Shown here in pieces: positions 40,171 through 48,082 of a DNA stretch of 49,644 bases. Source of the stretch: Candidatus Brocadiales bacterium (GTDB lineage: Bacteria; Planctomycetota; Brocadiia; Brocadiales; Bathyanammoxibiaceae); the NCBI GenBank assembly GCA_030586765.1, contig JAUQZZ010000001.1:1-49644 (forward strand), read 5' to 3'. How positions within the stretch are numbered: the first letter of the stretch is position 1; each line of letters starts with the position of its first letter. The notes beneath the pieces are model-generated. The model worked only from the letters and a program-made list of their open reading frames with translations. It was not told the DNA's origin and ran no database searches. The translations under genes were made by a program, and so were the position numbers.

Positions 40171-40758
40171 CTAACCTCCTGTCTCTGGTTTACTAGCTGT
40201 CTCTGGTTTACTAGCTGTTTCTGGTTTACTAGAACTCTCTTTTTCTTTCTTGTCTTTAACGGCCTCAAGGGCCCCTCGCAAATTCTGTAAGGGGGCGGCT
40301 AGTATCGTGGCCAACCTGGACACCGGCGCCTTAAGGAGTGTAGCTATCTGGGCATAGAGCACTGGCCGTGGAGGAAGTTTTGAGAGCTTCTCCACCTCCT
40401 GGCTGGATATCGCACGCCCTTCTAACAAGCCGCCCTTTATCTTCAGGGCAGGCACCTTTTTGGTCCACTCCACCAGGGTCCTGACCAGCGCTACTGGGTC
40501 GTCTGTCCCACTAACTATAGCCGAGGGGCCGCTGAAGAACCCCACCGCCTCCACCGAACCTATCTCCTTAAAAGCTAGATTAGCTAAGGTATCCTTCACC
40601 ACCTCTAGGTTTATCTTCTTTTCTCTGAGGCCTTTCCTCAGTTCATTGGCATGGAGGGCGTCTACTCCCTGATAGTTGACGACCATGCAGTTTCGTATGC
40701 CTCGGTACCGTGAGGCCAGTTCCTCTACTATAAGGGTATTGACCCTGCTTCTTACCAT
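40171..40758 (-). CDS. rplJ: 50S ribosomal protein L10 (with a repeat-bearing C-terminal tail).
   Basis: The L10 core is present ([21 protein letters not shown]...). It lies between rplA and rplL. Confidence 0.94.
   Translation of the reverse strand: MVRSRVNTLIVEELASRYRGIRNCMVVNYQGVDALHANELRKGLREKKINLEVVKDTLANLAFKEIGSVEAVGFFSGPSAIVSGTDDPVALVRTLVEWTKKVPALKIKGGLLEGRAISSQEVEKLSKLPPRPVLYAQIATLLKAPVSRLATILAAPLQNLRGALEAVKDKKEKESSSKPETASKPETASKPETGG
40180..40230 (-). repeat. In-frame 18-bp tandem repeat (~2.8 copies) encoding KPETAS at the rplJ 3' end.
   Basis: tgtctctggtttactagc occurs twice (40180-40197 and 40198-40215), then tgtttctggtttact. The protein tail reads [19 protein letters not shown]. 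Confidence 0.9.
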
Positions 40759-40763
40759 AGCTT

Positions 40764-41444
40764 CTATACCGCTAACTTTATACCAGGACTCATGGTAGAG
40801 GAAACTGATACCTTCTGTACGAAGGTGCCCTTGGCAGAAGCGGGTCTGGAGGCTACTATGTGGTTTATAAAAGATTGTATGTTTTCCACCAGGGCTTCCG
40901 TGGGAAAAGAGAGCTTGCCCACTAAGGCATGCACGTTTCCTCCTGCATCAGTCCTATACTCTATCTTTCCCGCCTTAAACTCCTTAACTGTTCTCTCCAC
41001 ATCCTCAGCAACAGTACCAGATTTGGGGGAAGGCATCTTCCCCTGGGGGCCGAGGACCCTTCCTAATTTGCCTATCTGGCGCATCATGTCTGGAGTGGCA
41101 ATGGCTACGTCGAAGTCCATCCACCCTTCCTCTACCTTTTTTATGAGTTCCTCCGCTCCAGCCTCCCGTGCACCAGCCTCCTTGGCCTTTTGTGCCCTTT
41201 CTCCTGTGGTAAAGACTATCACCCGAAGCTCCTTGCCTATCCCCTTGGGTAGGGAGAGAGAGCCCCTGAGCATCTGGTCTGAACGCTTAGGGTCTACGCC
41301 AAGTTTCACTACCACCTCCACGCTCTCATCAAACTTTGTACCTGTAAAGGCCTTCAGGAGTTCTACCGCCTCCTTTAAGGGGTACTGTTTCTTGCTGTCG
41401 TACTTCTTCTTGCACTCTTGGTATCTCTTGCTTCTCTCTGCCAT
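40764..41444 (-). CDS. rplA: 50S ribosomal protein L1.
   Basis: KRYQECKKKYD...FDESVEVVVKLGVDPKRSDQMLRGSLSLP. Confidence 0.96.
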   Translation of the reverse strand: MAERSKRYQECKKKYDSKKQYPLKEAVELLKAFTGTKFDESVEVVVKLGVDPKRSDQMLRGSLSLPKGIGKELRVIVFTTGERAQKAKEAGAREAGAEELIKKVEEGWMDFDVAIATPDMMRQIGKLGRVLGPQGKMPSPKSGTVAEDVERTVKEFKAGKIEYRTDAGGNVHALVGKLSFPTEALVENIQSFINHIVASRPASAKGTFVQKVSVSSTMSPGIKLAV

Positions 41445-41446
41445 GG

Positions 41447-41872
41447 CTAATCACCTACCTCTATGCCCATACTCCTGGCAGTACCCTCTATTATCCTTGC
41501 GGCCTCTTCTAGGCCTGAGGCATTCAAGTCCTGGAATTTAGTCTTGGCTATCTCCAAGACCTGCTGCCTAGTAACGCTACCCACTTTTTCCTTGCGGGGA
41601 GTCCCTGAGCCCTTGGCTATCCCCGCTGCCTGCTTAAGGAGTACTGAGGCAGGCGGTGACTTTAGAACAAGGTCAAAACTCTTGTCTTTATAAATAGTAA
41701 TCTCTACTGGAATAATAATCCCAGGGTTTGCCTTGGTCTTCTCGTTAAACCTTGAGACAAATAGCCCGATGTTCACCCCGTGTTGTCCTAAGGCAGGACC
41801 TACAGGCGGAGCAGGGGTAGCTTGGCCCCCCGGAACCTGCAATTTTACCTTAGCCAGGACTTCCTTTGCCAT
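41447..41872 (-). CDS. rplK: 50S ribosomal protein L11.
   Basis: [26 protein letters not shown]. Confidence 0.96.
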   Translation of the reverse strand: MAKEVLAKVKLQVPGGQATPAPPVGPALGQHGVNIGLFVSRFNEKTKANPGIIIPVEITIYKDKSFDLVLKSPPASVLLKQAAGIAKGSGTPRKEKVGSVTRQQVLEIAKTKFQDLNASGLEEAARIIEGTARSMGIEVGD

Positions 41873-41873
41873 A

Positions 41874-42431
41874 CTAAATGGTCTCCACCTGCCAGTACTC
41901 TAGTTCCACCGGGGTTGCCCTGCCGAAAATAGTGATGATGATCTTGACCCTGCCGCTTGCCTCCAAGACCTCCTCTATCACACCCTCAAAATTCTCAAAG
42001 GGACCTTCCTTAATCCTAACCTTTTCTCCCTCCTTAAACTGTATCTTTGCCTTGGGTCTTTCTTCCTTCCGCTCCACCTCGGTCAATATCTTGTCCACCT
42101 CGTAGTTCGCCATAGGTACAGGACGTATGGGATGGCGGTCGCCCCCCACAAAGTCCCCGGCCCCAGGGGTCTCTCTTATGAGATACCACACCTCCGAGGG
42201 GATATTGCCTTGCTCGTCCACCTCTATCTCGGCTATGACATAGCCTGGGTATATCTTTCTCTCGGCAATCCTCTTCTTTCCCCCCTTGATCTCTGAGACC
42301 TTTTCCGTGGGCACCAAGACCTTTGTAACCTTGTCCTCCAGGCCCCTGGCTTTAATGCATTCTTCCAGGGTCTGCCTCACCTTGTCCTCCTTATTACTTT
42401 GTACCCGCAGGACGAACCACTTCTTTGTCAT
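41874..42431 (-). CDS. nusG: Transcription termination/antitermination factor NusG.
   Basis: [15 protein letters not shown]...YPGYV...; C-terminal KOW ([18 protein letters not shown]). Confidence 0.95.
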   Translation of the reverse strand: MTKKWFVLRVQSNKEDKVRQTLEECIKARGLEDKVTKVLVPTEKVSEIKGGKKRIAERKIYPGYVIAEIEVDEQGNIPSEVWYLIRETPGAGDFVGGDRHPIRPVPMANYEVDKILTEVERKEERPKAKIQFKEGEKVRIKEGPFENFEGVIEEVLEASGRVKIIITIFGRATPVELEYWQVETI

Positions 42432-42554
42432 AAAACTGAACCCTCTAACGATAAATATTTCCTGTTCTTCAGAAGGATAGGTTGGAAGGAAAAGGGTCTA
42501 GGCTAAGGCTAACAGGTATCCTAGGCGCTTACCGCTATTCCAAAAATATCCTCT

Positions 42555-43013
42555 TCACATAAACCCTATAAACCTCATTACCCTTGTTATTACCCAATCT
42601 ACTCCAAAGATGTATGCGCCTAAGATAACCAGAGATACAATCACTACCGCTGTGGAACCCGTAAGCTCTTGCCTGGTAGGCCAAGATACCTTCTGGAGTT
42701 CGTCCTGGGTCCCGATCAAAAACTCTACCGTCTTCTTGCTATTGGCATCTAATGAGACTAGCCCTGTCTCAAGGCCAGTAGTCACTACGCCAATAAGGAC
42801 ACCACTAATAACAAAGAACAAAGAGGCCAGTAAGGCCCCCCAGGTCAACCTGATACCCACCAGGGGAAGCTCTGCCCCGGGATAGAGCTCGGGCAGGTCT
42901 ATAAAACTCCCGTAAATAGTATAAGAGGCCAGGAATGACAGGGCACCTAGTCCACCCGCTAGAAAGACTCTAGCATAGACCCCTTGATTCTTTTTATAGA
43001 CCTCCAGAGCCAT
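42555..43013 (-). CDS. secE: Preprotein translocase subunit SecE (3-TM form).
   Basis: It sits between tRNA-Trp and nusG. The C-terminal ELQKVSWPTRQELTGSTAVVIVSLVILGAYIFGVD is the conserved SecE helix. I moved the start to MALEVYKK (43013) because the track start at 43064 overlaps tRNA-Trp. Confidence 0.85.
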   Translation of the reverse strand: MALEVYKKNQGVYARVFLAGGLGALSFLASYTIYGSFIDLPELYPGAELPLVGIRLTWGALLASLFFVISGVLIGVVTTGLETGLVSLDANSKKTVEFLIGTQDELQKVSWPTRQELTGSTAVVIVSLVILGAYIFGVDWVITRVMRFIGFM

Positions 43014-43031
43014 CCTTTCAAAGTTTAAAAA

Positions 43032-43107
43032 TGGCAGGTCCGGAGGGACTCGAACCCCCAACACCCGGATTTGGAGTCCGGTGCTCTACCATTAGAGCTA
43101 CGGACCT
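43032..43107 (-). tRNA. tRNA-Trp (anticodon CCA), CCA end encoded.
   Basis: Hand-folded from AGGTCCGTAGCTCTAATGGTAGAGCACCGGACTCCAAATCCGGGTGTTGGGGGTTCGAGTCCCTCCGGACCTGCCA. All four stems pair. Confidence 0.93.
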
Positions 43108-43113
43108 ACCCTC

Positions 43114-43263
43114 TTACTTCTTATGCTCCTTGTGTAATGTATGCCTTCGACAAAAACGGCAGTACTTTTTAAGCTCCAGACGCTCTGTCTCTTTGGCCTT
43201 CTTCGTAGCGGAGTAGTTCCTGTTGGAACACTCCGAACACATCAAGAATATGCTGGTCCGCAC
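43114..43263 (-). CDS. rpmG: 50S ribosomal protein L33 (Cys4 form).
   Basis: Not in the track (49 aa). The hand translation from a GTG start is (M)[48 protein letters not shown]. Confidence 0.9.
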   Translation of the reverse strand: MRTSIFLMCSECSNRNYSATKKAKETERLELKKYCRFCRRHTLHKEHKK

Positions 43264-43272
43264 AATAGTGGC

Positions 43273-44475
43273 TTACTTAAGGATCTTGGTGACTACCCCT
43301 GCCCCTACCGTCTTACCGCCTTCACGTATAGCAAAGCGGAGGTTTTCCTCCATGGCTATAGGAGTTATGAGTTCTATGCTCGGTCTCACGCTGTCTCCTG
43401 GCATAACCATGTCTGTACCCTGGGGTAGTTTTGCCACACCTGTAACATCGGTAGTCCTGAAATAGAACTGAGGCCTGTAGCCAGTGAAGAAGGGGGTGTG
43501 TCTTCCACCCTCTTCTTTAGTAAGGATATAGACCTCTGCCTCAAAGTCTGTATGGGGTGTTATACTGCCGATCTTGGCCAGCACCTGCCCCCTCTCCAAG
43601 TCTTCCTTCTCTATTCCTCGCAGGAGTACCCCTACGTTATCCCCTGCCAGTCCCATCTCCAGGGTTTTATTAAACATCTCCACCCCAGTCACTACCGTCT
43701 TTTTGATCTCCCGGCTCAGGCCCACTATATCCACCTCATCGCCCACCTTCACCTGGCCACGCTCTATCCTACCCGTGCCCACGGTGCCCCGGCCCTTTAT
43801 GCTAAACACGTCCTCTATAGACATCAAGAAAGGCTTGTCTATCTCCCTCACAGGCTCTGGAATAAAGCTGTCAATAGCCTCCATGAGCTTAAAGATGGGG
43901 CCACATTTTGGACACTCCTTCTTGGCACAACCACAATTACCCGCCTCCAGGGCTGAACCTCTTATTATAGGAGTCTCATCCCCTGGAAATTTGTACTTCT
44001 TAAGGAGTTCCCTCACCTCCAGCTCCACCAAATCCTGCAGTTCCTTATCTTCCAGGGCATCCACCTTGTTCATGAATACTACTATAGCAGGAACGCCCAC
44101 CTGCCTTGCTAAGAGGATATGCTCACGGGTCTGAGGCATAGGACCATCAGGGGCACTTACCACCAGGATGGCGCCATCCATCTGAGCTGCCCCAGTAATC
44201 ATGTTCTTTATATAGTCGGCATGCCCAGGGCAGTCCACATGGGCATAGTGCCTCTTTTCTGTCTCATACTCTACGTGGGCGATAGCAATAGTTATACCCC
44301 TTTCCTTCTCCTCAGGAGCATTGTCAATAGTATCAAAGGGCCTCTCCTTGGCCATACCGTGTTTGGCCAACACGTGGGTTATGACCGAGGTCAAGGTGGT
44401 CTTGCCATGGTCAATGTGTCCTATAGTCCCCACATTCACATGGGGCTTTGTCCTCTTAAATATCTCTTTTGCCAT
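43273..44475 (-). CDS. tuf: Elongation factor Tu.
   Basis: [28 protein letters not shown] and NKVD are present. 400 aa. Confidence 0.98.
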   Translation of the reverse strand: MAKEIFKRTKPHVNVGTIGHIDHGKTTLTSVITHVLAKHGMAKERPFDTIDNAPEEKERGITIAIAHVEYETEKRHYAHVDCPGHADYIKNMITGAAQMDGAILVVSAPDGPMPQTREHILLARQVGVPAIVVFMNKVDALEDKELQDLVELEVRELLKKYKFPGDETPIIRGSALEAGNCGCAKKECPKCGPIFKLMEAIDSFIPEPVREIDKPFLMSIEDVFSIKGRGTVGTGRIERGQVKVGDEVDIVGLSREIKKTVVTGVEMFNKTLEMGLAGDNVGVLLRGIEKEDLERGQVLAKIGSITPHTDFEAEVYILTKEEGGRHTPFFTGYRPQFYFRTTDVTGVAKLPQGTDMVMPGDSVRPSIELITPIAMEENLRFAIREGGKTVGAGVVTKILK

Positions 44476-44522
44476 ATCTTACATCTCCTTAGCTAAGTCC
44501 TTACCATTCTTTGGGGCAAAGG

Positions 44523-44597
<75 letters not shown>

Positions 44598-44614
44598 CTG
44601 TCTGCAAAATTATT

Positions 44615-44642
44615 ATTATAGCACAAAATTTATCAATGTCAA
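44615..44642 (-). promoter_or_regulatory. Near-consensus sigma-70 promoter between tRNA-Gly and tRNA-Thr(GGT).
   Basis: On the minus strand: TTGACA (44642-44637), a 16-nt spacer ending in TGC (extended -10 TGn), then TATAAT (44620-44615). It lies about 17 nt upstream of the tRNA 5' end. Confidence 0.5.
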
Positions 44643-44647
44643 TAATA

Positions 44648-44718
44648 AGCGGGCGATGGGAATCGAACCCACATGGCTAGCTTGGAAGGCTAGGGCTCTA
44701 CCATTGAGCTACGCCCGC
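44648..44718 (-). tRNA. tRNA-Gly (anticodon TCC), CCA not encoded.
   Basis: GCGGGCGTAGCTCAATGGTAGAGCCCTAGCCTTCCAAGCTAGCCATGTGGGTTCGATTCCCATCGCCCGCT. Confidence 0.92.
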
Positions 44719-44721
44719 ACG

Positions 44722-44807
44722 TGGTGGGGAGAGGAGGATTCGAACCTCCGAAGGACTACGCCAACAGATTTACAGTCTGTCCCCTTTGGCCACTCGGGAA
44801 TCTCCCC
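44722..44807 (-). tRNA. tRNA-Tyr (anticodon GTA), long variable arm, CCA encoded.
   Basis: GGGGAGATTCCCGAGTGGCCAAAGGGGACAGACTGTAAATCTGTTGGCGTAGTCCTTCGGAGGTTCGAATCCTCCTCTCCCCACCA. Confidence 0.92.
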
Positions 44808-44901
44808 CTCTCTCATCTGTACTGTAGACCTTAATAGAAACAAAATACAAGCAAGGGCTAAAGTCCGCCTCTGGCGCACATGACCCGGCACTACAGAAAA
44901 C

Positions 44902-44976
44902 TGGAGCTAGCGGCGGGACTTGAACCCACAACCTGCTGTTTACAAAACAGCTGCTCTACCCTTGAGCTACGCTAGC
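44902..44976 (-). tRNA. tRNA-Thr (anticodon TGT), CCA encoded.
   Basis: GCTAGCGTAGCTCAAGGGTAGAGCAGCTGTTTTGTAAACAGCAGGTTGTGGGTTCAAGTCCCGCCGCTAGCTCCA. Confidence 0.92.
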
Positions 44977-44980
44977 CTTT

Positions 44981-45020
44981 CGCCAGACAGACAGGCGAAT
45001 CCGCTCCGCCTAAGGCGGAT
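44981..45020. repeat. Structured palindromic repeat, family 3 copy.
   Basis: cgccaga...ggcg, then (a)tccgcc-taa-ggcgga(t) at 45005-45019. It shares ttcgccaga, ggcg and tccgcctaaggcgga with 14741-14770. Confidence 0.6.
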
Positions 45021-45068
45021 GGCAGACCTGCCCCGTTCTCACGTTGCCGGGAACAGGGAAGTTGAGAA

Positions 45069-45096
45069 ATTATAATTATTTTAACCCCTTTTTCAA
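45069..45096 (-). promoter_or_regulatory. Candidate sigma-70 promoter for the tRNA-tuf array.
   Basis: On the minus strand: TTGAAA (45096-45091), a 16-nt spacer, then TATAAT (45074-45069). It lies ~90 nt upstream of tRNA-Thr(TGT). Confidence 0.4.
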
Positions 45097-45182
45097 GACT
45101 TTTCCAAGGTTAAAACTAACTTTTGATACTGGATTCGTTATCTGCTATTATACCAGCATCGAACCCCTTTAGGGAGGGTCTT

Positions 45183-46073
45183 ATGAACATCCTTCTGCCT
45201 TTAATTATCCTGCTCTTCCACCTCCAAGCCCTGGCCGCCACAACAGAAGTCTTCTTCTCCCCTGCTGGTGACATAAAAGCACACATTATCCAGGCCATAG
45301 ACCAGACAGAGACCTCCCTGGATATAGCCCTCTACGAGTTTACCTCTGGCGACATAGCCGAGGCCCTCCTCAAGGCAAAAGATAGGGGCATCAGGATAAG
45401 ACTCCTCCTGGACTACGAGAGCTCCCAAAAAGGCACCTCCCTGGCAAGATTCCTCCAAGGAGAGGGCCTCAACGTCAAGTATCTAACGGGAAGATTGGGA
45501 GGCAATATGCATCATAGCTTTGCCATCTTTGACTCTAGAAAGGTCTTTACTGGTTCCTATAACTGGACAGAGTACGCAGAAAAATTTAATTTCGAAAATG
45601 CCCTCTTTACCGATGACACAAACCTGATAGTTAAATATCAGAACTATTTTAACGAGCTTTTTGGCGAAAGAGAGGCGGGAGTGAAAGCCCCTGGTCCTTC
45701 GCCTGCTGAAACTGTAACTAAAGAAGCGCCGAGGTCTTTCATAGGCATTTCCCTCTCCCACCTGGGTAAACTCCTGGGAGGGAGTTCCTCCCTCTCTAAA
45801 GGAGAAAAGGACGCACTGTGGAGCCACTGCCAGGGTGAGTACGTCAGGGGTGAGGGAGAGATTATATCTACTGCCCCAGGTGAGCCATACGGACCAAAGG
45901 TGAACATAAGGGATCAAAGCGGAATGGAGATAGAATTGCTCCTGGATAAAACAGAAGCCGAAAGGATTTATGAGCTAAAAAGAGGCGAAAAGGTCAACTA
46001 CACAGGAAGGCTGGTCTCTAGGCCTGGGGATGCGCAGGCCCATTTCAGGCTAGACAATGGCAGCCTTAAATAA
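45183..46073 (+). CDS. Secreted PLD-superfamily (Nuc-like, single HKD-type motif) protein with a C-terminal domain of unknown function.
   Basis: ATG at 45183 follows a GGGAGGG RBS. The signal peptide is MNILLPLIILLFHLQALA. EVFFSPAGD...LDIALYEFTS...AKDRGIRIRLLLD...HHSFAIFD...FTGSYNWT runs parallel to plasmid Nuc endonuclease blocks. The track TTG start at 45123 is less likely. Confidence 0.75.
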   Translation: MNILLPLIILLFHLQALAATTEVFFSPAGDIKAHIIQAIDQTETSLDIALYEFTSGDIAEALLKAKDRGIRIRLLLDYESSQKGTSLARFLQGEGLNVKYLTGRLGGNMHHSFAIFDSRKVFTGSYNWTEYAEKFNFENALFTDDTNLIVKYQNYFNELFGEREAGVKAPGPSPAETVTKEAPRSFIGISLSHLGKLLGGSSSLSKGEKDALWSHCQGEYVRGEGEIISTAPGEPYGPKVNIRDQSGMEIELLLDKTEAERIYELKRGEKVNYTGRLVSRPGDAQAHFRLDNGSLK

Positions 46074-46086
46074 AGGAGGGAGCACT

Positions 46087-47910
46087 ATGTTTAAAAAACT
46101 TTTTCTCGCCATATGCCTTCTTTGGGCATGGAGTCTGCCCGCCCACTGGGAGCAGGCGGGCATAGCCCTGGCTCAGGAAGATTTTGAACATCTGATAGAC
46201 CATGCCAACCAACTGATAAGAGAGGGCAGGCGTGATGAGGCCCTGGTAGCCTTCGATAAGGCCCTAGAACTCAAACCCGATGACTACAAGACCTGGTACA
46301 ATAAGGCCCTGCTCTTCGACCACCTAAAGAGGTACAAAGAGGCCGTGGAGGCCTATGATAAGGCCACGGGGATAAACCCCCTCTTTTACGAGGCATGGGT
46401 CAACAAGGGTCTGGCCCTGGTGAGGATAGAAGAGAACCACAGGGAACAGGTAGAGGCAGCCATTAAGGCCTATGACAAGGCCTTAGAAATAAGGCCCAAT
46501 TCCTACGACGCCTGGCTTAACAAAGGCAATGCCCTGACCAGGCTCAGGAGGTATGAAGATGCTATAAAGGCCTATGACAAGGCCATAGAGATAGACCCCA
46601 AACACCACGCCGCCTATACAGATAAGGGCCTCCTCCTGGGAGACATGGGTAGAAACGAGGAGGCCATAAAGACCCTGGAGAAGGCCGTGGAGATAAAACC
46701 CGATTCCTACTTCACCTGGACCAACATAGGCCTCGCCCTCTTCAGGATGGAGCGCTATGAGGAGGCGGCTAAGACCTTCAGCAGGGCCGCCGAGGTAAAC
46801 CCCAAGGCCTACGACCCCTGGACCAACAAAGGGCTTGCCCTGGTGCGCTTGGGCAGATACGATGAGGCCCTCAAGACCTACGACAAGGCCCTGGAGCTAG
46901 AGCCCAATTCCTACGAGACCTGGTATAATAAGGGCTTTGTAGCCATAGAGTTAGGAAAATATGATGAGGCCCTGGGGGCCTTTGACAAGGCCGTAGGGAT
47001 TAGGTCTGACTACCTGAAAGGTTGGACCAGTAAGGGTGACGTATTATTGCGTATGGGCAAGGAAAAGGAGGCAAAGGAGGCCTTCCAGAAGGCCTCTGAG
47101 CTCTCACCCGATACCCCAGAGTCCTGGGTCAGCAAAGGCAGTGCCCTGGTAAGACTGGAGAAATATGACGAGGCCGTAAAGGCCTTTGACAAGGCCGCTA
47201 ACATAGAACCTAACCTCTTCGAGGCCTGGCTGGGCAAGGCCAATACCCTGATAAGGATGGAAAGATATCCAGAATCCCTGGGTGCCTTCAACAGGGCGGC
47301 CCAACTCAGGCCTAACTCCTACGATGTATGGTACAACACTGCCACTATCTACATGCGCCTCAACCGTCATGAAGAGGCCCTCAGGGCCTTTGATAGGGCC
47401 GTCCAGCTCAATCCAAAGAGCCAGGAGGCCTGGTACAATAAGGCCCTTGTCCTGGGAGAGGCCCTGGGAAGGACTCAAGATGCCCTTAAGGCCATAGAAA
47501 CAGCTACAGAGTTGAGGTCAGACACCCCAGAGACCTGGGATTATAAGGGCCTTCTCCTCTCTGACCTGAAGAGACCTGAGGATGCCCTCCAGGCCTTCCA
47601 GAAGGCCCTGGACCTGAATCCCAACTTCTACCCCTCCTGGCATAACATGGGCCTGGTCCTGGACCAGATGGGGAAGACCAGGGAGGCTGTGGAGGCCTAC
47701 GACAAGTCTTTAAAGATAAATCCCAGGTTCGATGTGGCCTGGTATAACAGGGCCTCTGCCCTGGCAGTACTCAAGGATAAAAGTGGGGCCCTGGATTCCC
47801 TCAGGAAGGCCGTAGACCTGAACCCCAAGTTCAGGGGGTGGGCCAAGACCAATCCCGACTTTGAGCCCTATATGAACGACCCGGATTTTGTGACCTTGCT
47901 GGGGAGATAG
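46087..47910 (+). CDS. Exported tetratricopeptide-repeat protein (~16 TPR units).
   Basis: ATG at 46087 follows an AGGAGGG RBS. The signal-like N-terminus is MFKKLFLAICLLWAWSLPA. There are sixteen 34-aa units of the form A(Y/F)DKALE.xPxxxxAWxNKGxAL. Confidence 0.88.
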   Translation: MFKKLFLAICLLWAWSLPAHWEQAGIALAQEDFEHLIDHANQLIREGRRDEALVAFDKALELKPDDYKTWYNKALLFDHLKRYKEAVEAYDKATGINPLFYEAWVNKGLALVRIEENHREQVEAAIKAYDKALEIRPNSYDAWLNKGNALTRLRRYEDAIKAYDKAIEIDPKHHAAYTDKGLLLGDMGRNEEAIKTLEKAVEIKPDSYFTWTNIGLALFRMERYEEAAKTFSRAAEVNPKAYDPWTNKGLALVRLGRYDEALKTYDKALELEPNSYETWYNKGFVAIELGKYDEALGAFDKAVGIRSDYLKGWTSKGDVLLRMGKEKEAKEAFQKASELSPDTPESWVSKGSALVRLEKYDEAVKAFDKAANIEPNLFEAWLGKANTLIRMERYPESLGAFNRAAQLRPNSYDVWYNTATIYMRLNRHEEALRAFDRAVQLNPKSQEAWYNKALVLGEALGRTQDALKAIETATELRSDTPETWDYKGLLLSDLKRPEDALQAFQKALDLNPNFYPSWHNMGLVLDQMGKTREAVEAYDKSLKINPRFDVAWYNRASALAVLKDKSGALDSLRKAVDLNPKFRGWAKTNPDFEPYMNDPDFVTLLGR

Positions 47911-47915
47911 ATAGC

Positions 47916-47940
47916 GTAGGGTGCGTCCAGGCGTACCCTA
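47916..47940. repeat. GTAG-headed hairpin immediately after the TPR gene stop.
   Basis: g-tagggtgcg (47917-47925) pairs with cgtacccta (47932-47940), with one G-A mismatch in a 9-bp stem and a 6-nt loop. Confidence 0.5.
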
Positions 47941-47956
47941 TGTGTGGATGAAATCC

Positions 47957-48019
47957 GGGTAGGTCAAGGCCACGCCTTGACCATAAATTGTGAGGTCAGG
48001 GTATAACCCCGACCTACCC
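47957..48019. repeat. REPIN-like element, family 1 copy.
   Basis: gggtaggtcaaggccacgccttgaccata...aggtcagggtataaccccgacctaccc is near-identical to 12077-12137. It differs by a few substitutions and an extra 2 nt in the spacer between the hairpins. Confidence 0.75.
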
Positions 48020-48082
48020 ATAAATTGCGGGAATGGGAATACAGAAGATATTTAACATTGAAGCACCCTACGTGCTGTAGAG

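Noticed and set aside
40792-41541. A 249-aa plus-strand ORF, along with similar long plus-strand ORFs at 24595-25203, 43574-44134, 35484-35978 and 32703-33191.
   Set aside because: They lie antisense to strongly supported minus-strand genes (rplA/rplK, rplP/rpsC, tuf, rpoC). Their translations are low-complexity Ser/Pro/Leu-rich with no motifs. They are shadow ORFs created by the codon bias of the real genes.
43014-43064. The N-terminal 17-codon extension of the secE ORF given in the track.
   Set aside because: It overlaps the 3' part of tRNA-Trp (43032-43107). The internal ATG at 43013 gives a sensible SecE start.
44656-44891. Track ORFs 44656-44883 (+) and 44709-44891 (-).
   Set aside because: They run straight through the tRNA-Gly and tRNA-Tyr genes. 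No coding signal supports them.
45123-45182. The TTG-initiated 20-codon extension of the PLD-like ORF.
   Set aside because: The ATG at 45183 has a strong GGGAGGG RBS and starts a textbook signal peptide. The extension has neither.
46087-47910. Periodic DNA repeats as a possible CRISPR array or non-coding tandem repeat.
   Set aside because: The period is 102 bp within one long open frame encoding TPR units. Repeats are divergent at the DNA level, with no repeat-spacer architecture.
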